Shown: one piece after another, positions 60,255 through 64,000 of the stretch | Position numbering within the stretch: position 1 is the first letter of the stretch | Layout: every line of letters starts with the position of its first letter | Program-made: the position numbers and the translations under genes | DNA from: Sulfuriferula sp. | GTDB taxonomy: Bacteria; Pseudomonadota; Gammaproteobacteria; Burkholderiales; Sulfuriferulaceae | NCBI GenBank assembly: GCA_035530335.1 | Contig: DATKUZ010000028.1 | Location: 61,842 to 125,841 of the forward strand | Length of the DNA: 64,000 nucleotides | Reading direction: 5' to 3' | Notes under the pieces: model-generated | The model's input: only the letters and a program-made list of their open reading frames with translations | What the model was told of the DNA's origin: nothing | The model's database searches: none

Positions 60255-61157
60255 CTATCTCCCTAACGTGGACTCTTTAAAGCGCTTGATTGCACGGATT
60301 GAATTCAGTGCTTTTATCCCCAACCTGCCGATTTGGCCATTATGCAAAAGCGCCTCGAATGAATCGTTGGGCAAGGTGGCCGAAGGCGCCACTGAAACCC
60401 CGATGCCCGAGAAGAGATGCCCCAGATAACTGCCTTCGCAAGGGAGGATATTCTTGGGGATGCGCCACCTGCGCAGAAATTCGTTCCACAAATGCACACA
60501 AACGGCTTCCTCGGCGGCTTCCACACAGCCAGCCAATTCCTGGGGACGAAAGAACCTGGCAACCTCCAGATAATGGATCGGATAAAAATACTCCTGTGGA
60601 AGCACAGTCACCAATTCCGGAAATTCCAGAATAAATTGCGTCACCAGCTGCGGGCCGATCGCACCCCATGCGTCCAGAACCTTCCCTTTCAAATTCGCTC
60701 GCCGCTCCAGCTCTTTTGCCAGGTCGGGATTCGATACATAAAAAACTGCGCCATTGACTTTCCCTGGCTCTTCAAACCCCAGCAGGATGCCTTTTGATCG
60801 GGACTGGAGTTCGACATAGAAGCTTGCGTCTTTCAGGCAAAACACATCCGTATCAAACCACCAGCCTGGCTCCCGGGACAGCACCCGATAGCGGAAAATA
60901 TCGGTGAAGGCAGCCACCGAATTCTTGTGCCCGCCTTGCGTGTATGCGAAAACCTCATCCACATCGGCAAGCTCGGACGCATCACACAGTTCCACGCCTT
61001 CCGGAACCCGCAGCTCCTTGTTGAAGGTATGCAGCAGTACCCGGCAATTGTGGTTTACAAAAGAAGACAGGCAGGCCATCTCATACAGACTGAGCGCCGG
61101 GCCGTGCCAGAAAAAATTCGCGTTGATCACAGTATCTGTTTCCTTATCTAACATCAC
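60255..61157 (-). CDS. DXD-motif glycosyltransferase (GT32/Gly_transf_sug-like)
   Basis: FFWHG..LS.YE.ACL.SF, AAFTDIFRY..L...PGWWFDTDV.CL, WG.IGP.L.T, FYPIHY, VHLWNE. Confidence 0.7.
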   Translation of the reverse strand: MMLDKETDTVINANFFWHGPALSLYEMACLSSFVNHNCRVLLHTFNKELRVPEGVELCDASELADVDEVFAYTQGGHKNSVAAFTDIFRYRVLSREPGWWFDTDVFCLKDASFYVELQSRSKGILLGFEEPGKVNGAVFYVSNPDLAKELERRANLKGKVLDAWGAIGPQLVTQFILEFPELVTVLPQEYFYPIHYLEVARFFRPQELAGCVEAAEEAVCVHLWNEFLRRWRIPKNILPCEGSYLGHLFSGIGVSVAPSATLPNDSFEALLHNGQIGRLGIKALNSIRAIKRFKESTLGR

Positions 61158-62261
61158 TCACACCGACTGTGCCAGGGCCGCCACCCGCGCTGCCACGATG
61201 TCCCAGGACAATGCCTCCACCGCCCGCGCCCGTGCGCGTTGCGCCATCTCAAGGCAGGCCGCGTAATGTTCGGCACACCACACCAGCCGTTCAGCCGCAT
61301 GCTCGCCGCCCGTAGCGGTCAGGAATGTGCCATTTCCCTCCTCCACGTAGTCGCACACCCCGCCTACCTTCGATACCAGGAGCGGCAGCCCGGAGGACAT
61401 TGCTTCCAGTACCGAATTATTGGCCGTGGCATCGATCAACGGCAGAAACATCACTTGCGCGCTTCGATATCGCATGCGCAATTCAGCGTCCGACAAACCG
61501 GCGTGCCAATGCACATTGCTGTGTTGTGCCAGCCGGTAATGCTGCTCGAAGTTACGCGCAAATTTCGGCACGACAAGATGAAACTCGAAGCGCTGCGGCG
61601 CGTATTCCAGCAGTGCCAAAGTGTCGGTCAGTTGCCTGAAATCGCGCAGCCATTGGCCGCAGAACAGCACCTCGATCGGTCCGTCATCCGGCAGCGAGCG
61701 CAACGCTTCGCCGGGCGAGAAAAAATCCACATCCACGCCATGCGGCACGAAATGCACATTGGCGTGCCCTGTCTGCCCCTGCAGGAAACGCTGTGCCTGC
61801 CGCGACAACGCAATGACCAGATCCACTCCGGAAAATACCTTGCCATCCACCCCGTACATGCGCCACCACGCCGGCGGCTGATGCGATACGCCGGCTATCC
61901 TGATGCCGGGCATGCGCCCGTCTGCATGCGCAAAAGCATCGAAGTGATCCTCCAGCGCCTCGAAAAACACCATGTCAAAATGCTGCGCCCGCAACATGCG
62001 CAGCGCAGCTGTCTCCAGCAGTAGCCCGTTACGGTTATAGAAAGGGCTCCAGCCCTGCTTCTTCGGCACTCCCAACAGGCGCTCGCGCAACATCCCCCAA
62101 ACCAGCCGCGCGCCAACCCGAAGTTTGTCGCCTAGCGACGGCACCACGCGCTGTACTTCAAAGTGCTTGTTCAGTTGTTCGCCCAGAGGCGCCAGACCGC
62201 TATGACCGCCCAGATGATCCCAGCGCGCGCTTACCAGCAATAATTTTTGTCGTATGGTCAT
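61158..62261 (-). CDS. Glycosyltransferase family 4
   Basis: PHGVD.DFF.P, LFCGQWLRDF, DATANNSVLEAMSSGLP..VS.VGG. Confidence 0.85.
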   Translation of the reverse strand: MTIRQKLLLVSARWDHLGGHSGLAPLGEQLNKHFEVQRVVPSLGDKLRVGARLVWGMLRERLLGVPKKQGWSPFYNRNGLLLETAALRMLRAQHFDMVFFEALEDHFDAFAHADGRMPGIRIAGVSHQPPAWWRMYGVDGKVFSGVDLVIALSRQAQRFLQGQTGHANVHFVPHGVDVDFFSPGEALRSLPDDGPIEVLFCGQWLRDFRQLTDTLALLEYAPQRFEFHLVVPKFARNFEQHYRLAQHSNVHWHAGLSDAELRMRYRSAQVMFLPLIDATANNSVLEAMSSGLPLLVSKVGGVCDYVEEGNGTFLTATGGEHAAERLVWCAEHYAACLEMAQRARARAVEALSWDIVAARVAALAQSV

Positions 62262-62953
62262 TGAGCTGATGACTCCTGAATCAAAACTGCTGCAACAGCG
62301 CAGCCCGATCCGGTTGTATCCGTCCCTACATCATTGGCGCCAACCACGCCGGTATTCGTATTTGGCGGCGCTGTACCGCCCACATAAATGAACCCCGGCG
62401 CGGCGACCTTGGCACCCGTCGCCAGACTGCGATGCACTACCGCGTTGGCTCCCACTTTGACCCCGTCACCCAGCGTAATGCGGCCGAACAATTTGCATCC
62501 GGCGCCGAGATATATATTGTCGCCGAGCACCGGCACGCCGCGTTTATCCCCGGATCCGCCAACCCCGATAGTGACGCCTTGCGAAATAAAACAGTTGCGC
62601 CCGATGACCGCCTTTGGACTGACAAAAATGCCGCTGAAGTGGCCGATATACAGCCCCGGTCCAATACGCGCGCTGCGCGGAATATCGATCCCCCAGAGTA
62701 TCTTGATGAGCTCGTTGAGCAACATATACACCGGAGCCAGCAACCAGTTAAGCGGAGCCCGCTGACGTGCCGCCCACTGACCAAATCGCAATACCGTCAC
62801 CGCGTGTATGCCGGGTGCGCGCAGGCAATCAAACATGCGCCGTGCCCGTGAGCCTTCGCACAGGCGATAAAATTGCGCCCAGTCGGCCCGCAGTGGCAGG
62901 CCGTATTTATCGGTGTGGCGTACAGCCAATATCTCATCTGGTCTCGTTGTCAT
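62258..62953 (-). CDS. CysE/WcaB-like hexapeptide O-acetyltransferase
   Basis: GIDIP..A.IG.GLYIGH..GI, IG.NC.I.QGVTIG, P.LGDN.Y.GAG.K..G.I..GD...VGANAVV. Confidence 0.85.
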   Translation of the reverse strand: MTTRPDEILAVRHTDKYGLPLRADWAQFYRLCEGSRARRMFDCLRAPGIHAVTVLRFGQWAARQRAPLNWLLAPVYMLLNELIKILWGIDIPRSARIGPGLYIGHFSGIFVSPKAVIGRNCFISQGVTIGVGGSGDKRGVPVLGDNIYLGAGCKLFGRITLGDGVKVGANAVVHRSLATGAKVAAPGFIYVGGTAPPNTNTGVVGANDVGTDTTGSGCAVAAVLIQESSAQ

Positions 62954-63999
62954 ACGCGGGCGGCTTTCCGGGTTGTTGGCGACGCTGGCGATCGCAATAC
63001 GTCAGCAAGGTTGGCAAGTTGCGTGGCGTTCCACGCACGGGCGGCGGCAAGTGCTTCGCGTACCAGTCTGGAACGCAGCTCCGGATCGCGCAGCATCCGC
63101 ACTACCCCCGCAGCCATGGCCGCTGCGTCGTCATCCGCCACAGTCAAAAAGGCACGCCCGCGCAGATTTTCCAGTCCGCGGCTGCCCGATTCGGTTACCA
63201 CCAGCGGCACGCCCAGGGCCAGACATTCCATGGTTTTAATATTCAAGCCCGTGCCCATACGTACCGGGTTCACCGCCAACGCTCCCTGCGCATAGGTCTG
63301 CGCTACTGAGTCCACCCGTCCCAACTTGTGTACTCCGGGCGCGTCAAGCGCATCCTGACAGACGTCACCCGCGAGCCAGAACTCAAAACCAGGCATGTCT
63401 GCGCGAATCAAAGGCAATACGCCGGTAATGAAGGCATTGGCAGCATCCACATTGATGCTGTTAGCCGAAGCGACAAAGATCGCCCGCTGTACATTCGCCA
63501 ACAAAACAGACTGCGACATATCCAGCAAATGACCCACCGTCGTCACTCGCGCACGTCCATGCAACGCCGCCGCAAACAAGCGCGCTTCACTGTCCTGTAT
63601 TGCCACCACCACGTCCGCACGCGCCAGGCCTTTGCGTTCGCCCGCTTGCGTGGTGGCAAACCACTCCGGCTGCTTGCCTGCCCGCAGGTAGTGCAGATGG
63701 CGATCGGCAAAGCGGTCATGGGTATCGATGACTTTCACCACTTTTGCTGGGAAAGCTTCCAATGCCTTGGACATGAAAACATATTCCACAAATACCGCCT
63801 CAAACCCGTATTGCGCCTGCAGTGCCTTCAGTTGATCCGTCAATCCCCGGTCGTACCAATCATCCACACTCCACACATGCGCCGACGCCTGCCCCATCCG
63901 CCGCAGCACACTGCGTCGCAACCGTGCCGATACACTGCTGACAGCCTTCGGTACCTGATACTTCAATTCGGTGAATTGGCTATCGAAATGCTTCATCAT
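62950..63999 (-). CDS. Glycosyltransferase family 4-like (5' end may lie outside the window)
   Basis: VIDTHD, AD.VVAIQ..E, NP...GTGL.IK..E.LA.G.P.V.T..G..G. Confidence 0.75.
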   Translation of the reverse strand: MMKHFDSQFTELKYQVPKAVSSVSARLRRSVLRRMGQASAHVWSVDDWYDRGLTDQLKALQAQYGFEAVFVEYVFMSKALEAFPAKVVKVIDTHDRFADRHLHYLRAGKQPEWFATTQAGERKGLARADVVVAIQDSEARLFAAALHGRARVTTVGHLLDMSQSVLLANVQRAIFVASANSINVDAANAFITGVLPLIRADMPGFEFWLAGDVCQDALDAPGVHKLGRVDSVAQTYAQGALAVNPVRMGTGLNIKTMECLALGVPLVVTESGSRGLENLRGRAFLTVADDDAAAMAAGVVRMLRDPELRSRLVREALAAARAWNATQLANLADVLRSPASPTTRKAARV

Positions 64000-64000
64000 C

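Noticed and set aside
62258-62380. Low-complexity C-terminal tail on the acetyltransferase
   Set aside because: It may simply be an extension up to the coupled downstream start. No motif supports a function.

Overview
This is betaproteobacterial chromosomal DNA, inferred to come from a Nitrosomonadales-like sulfur oxidiser on the basis of gene order and a tsdBA pair. Layout from left to right: (1) 1-7.1 kb, LPS core/ligase genes; (2) 7.1-15.4 kb, the conserved hisG-murA-bolA-ABC-mla block, in which a TolC-family gene sits where mlaA (vacJ) normally lies; (3) 15.5-21.5 kb, an LLM monooxygenase/SDR pair plus cysS, ppiB and lpxH; (4) 21.5-41.3 kb, metZ behind a SAM-II riboswitch with an intrinsic terminator, then the conserved purF-cvpA-dedD-folC-accD-trpABF-truA-fimV-usg-asd-leuBDC run; (5) 41.5-49.7 kb, an accessory general-stress-type island of small proteins, tsdBA, a cls-like PLD and a ferritin-like protein, with three copies of a 16-bp CRP/FNR-geometry palindrome at an identical distance from a -10 hexamer; (6) 49.7-64 kb, a Wzy-type polysaccharide cluster with a duplicated GT2-GT4 module and a ~1,130-aa secreted CBM/DUF4838-like putative glycanase. 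I saw no rRNA, tRNA, CRISPR array or transposase. All calls are by motif recognition only; no searches were run.
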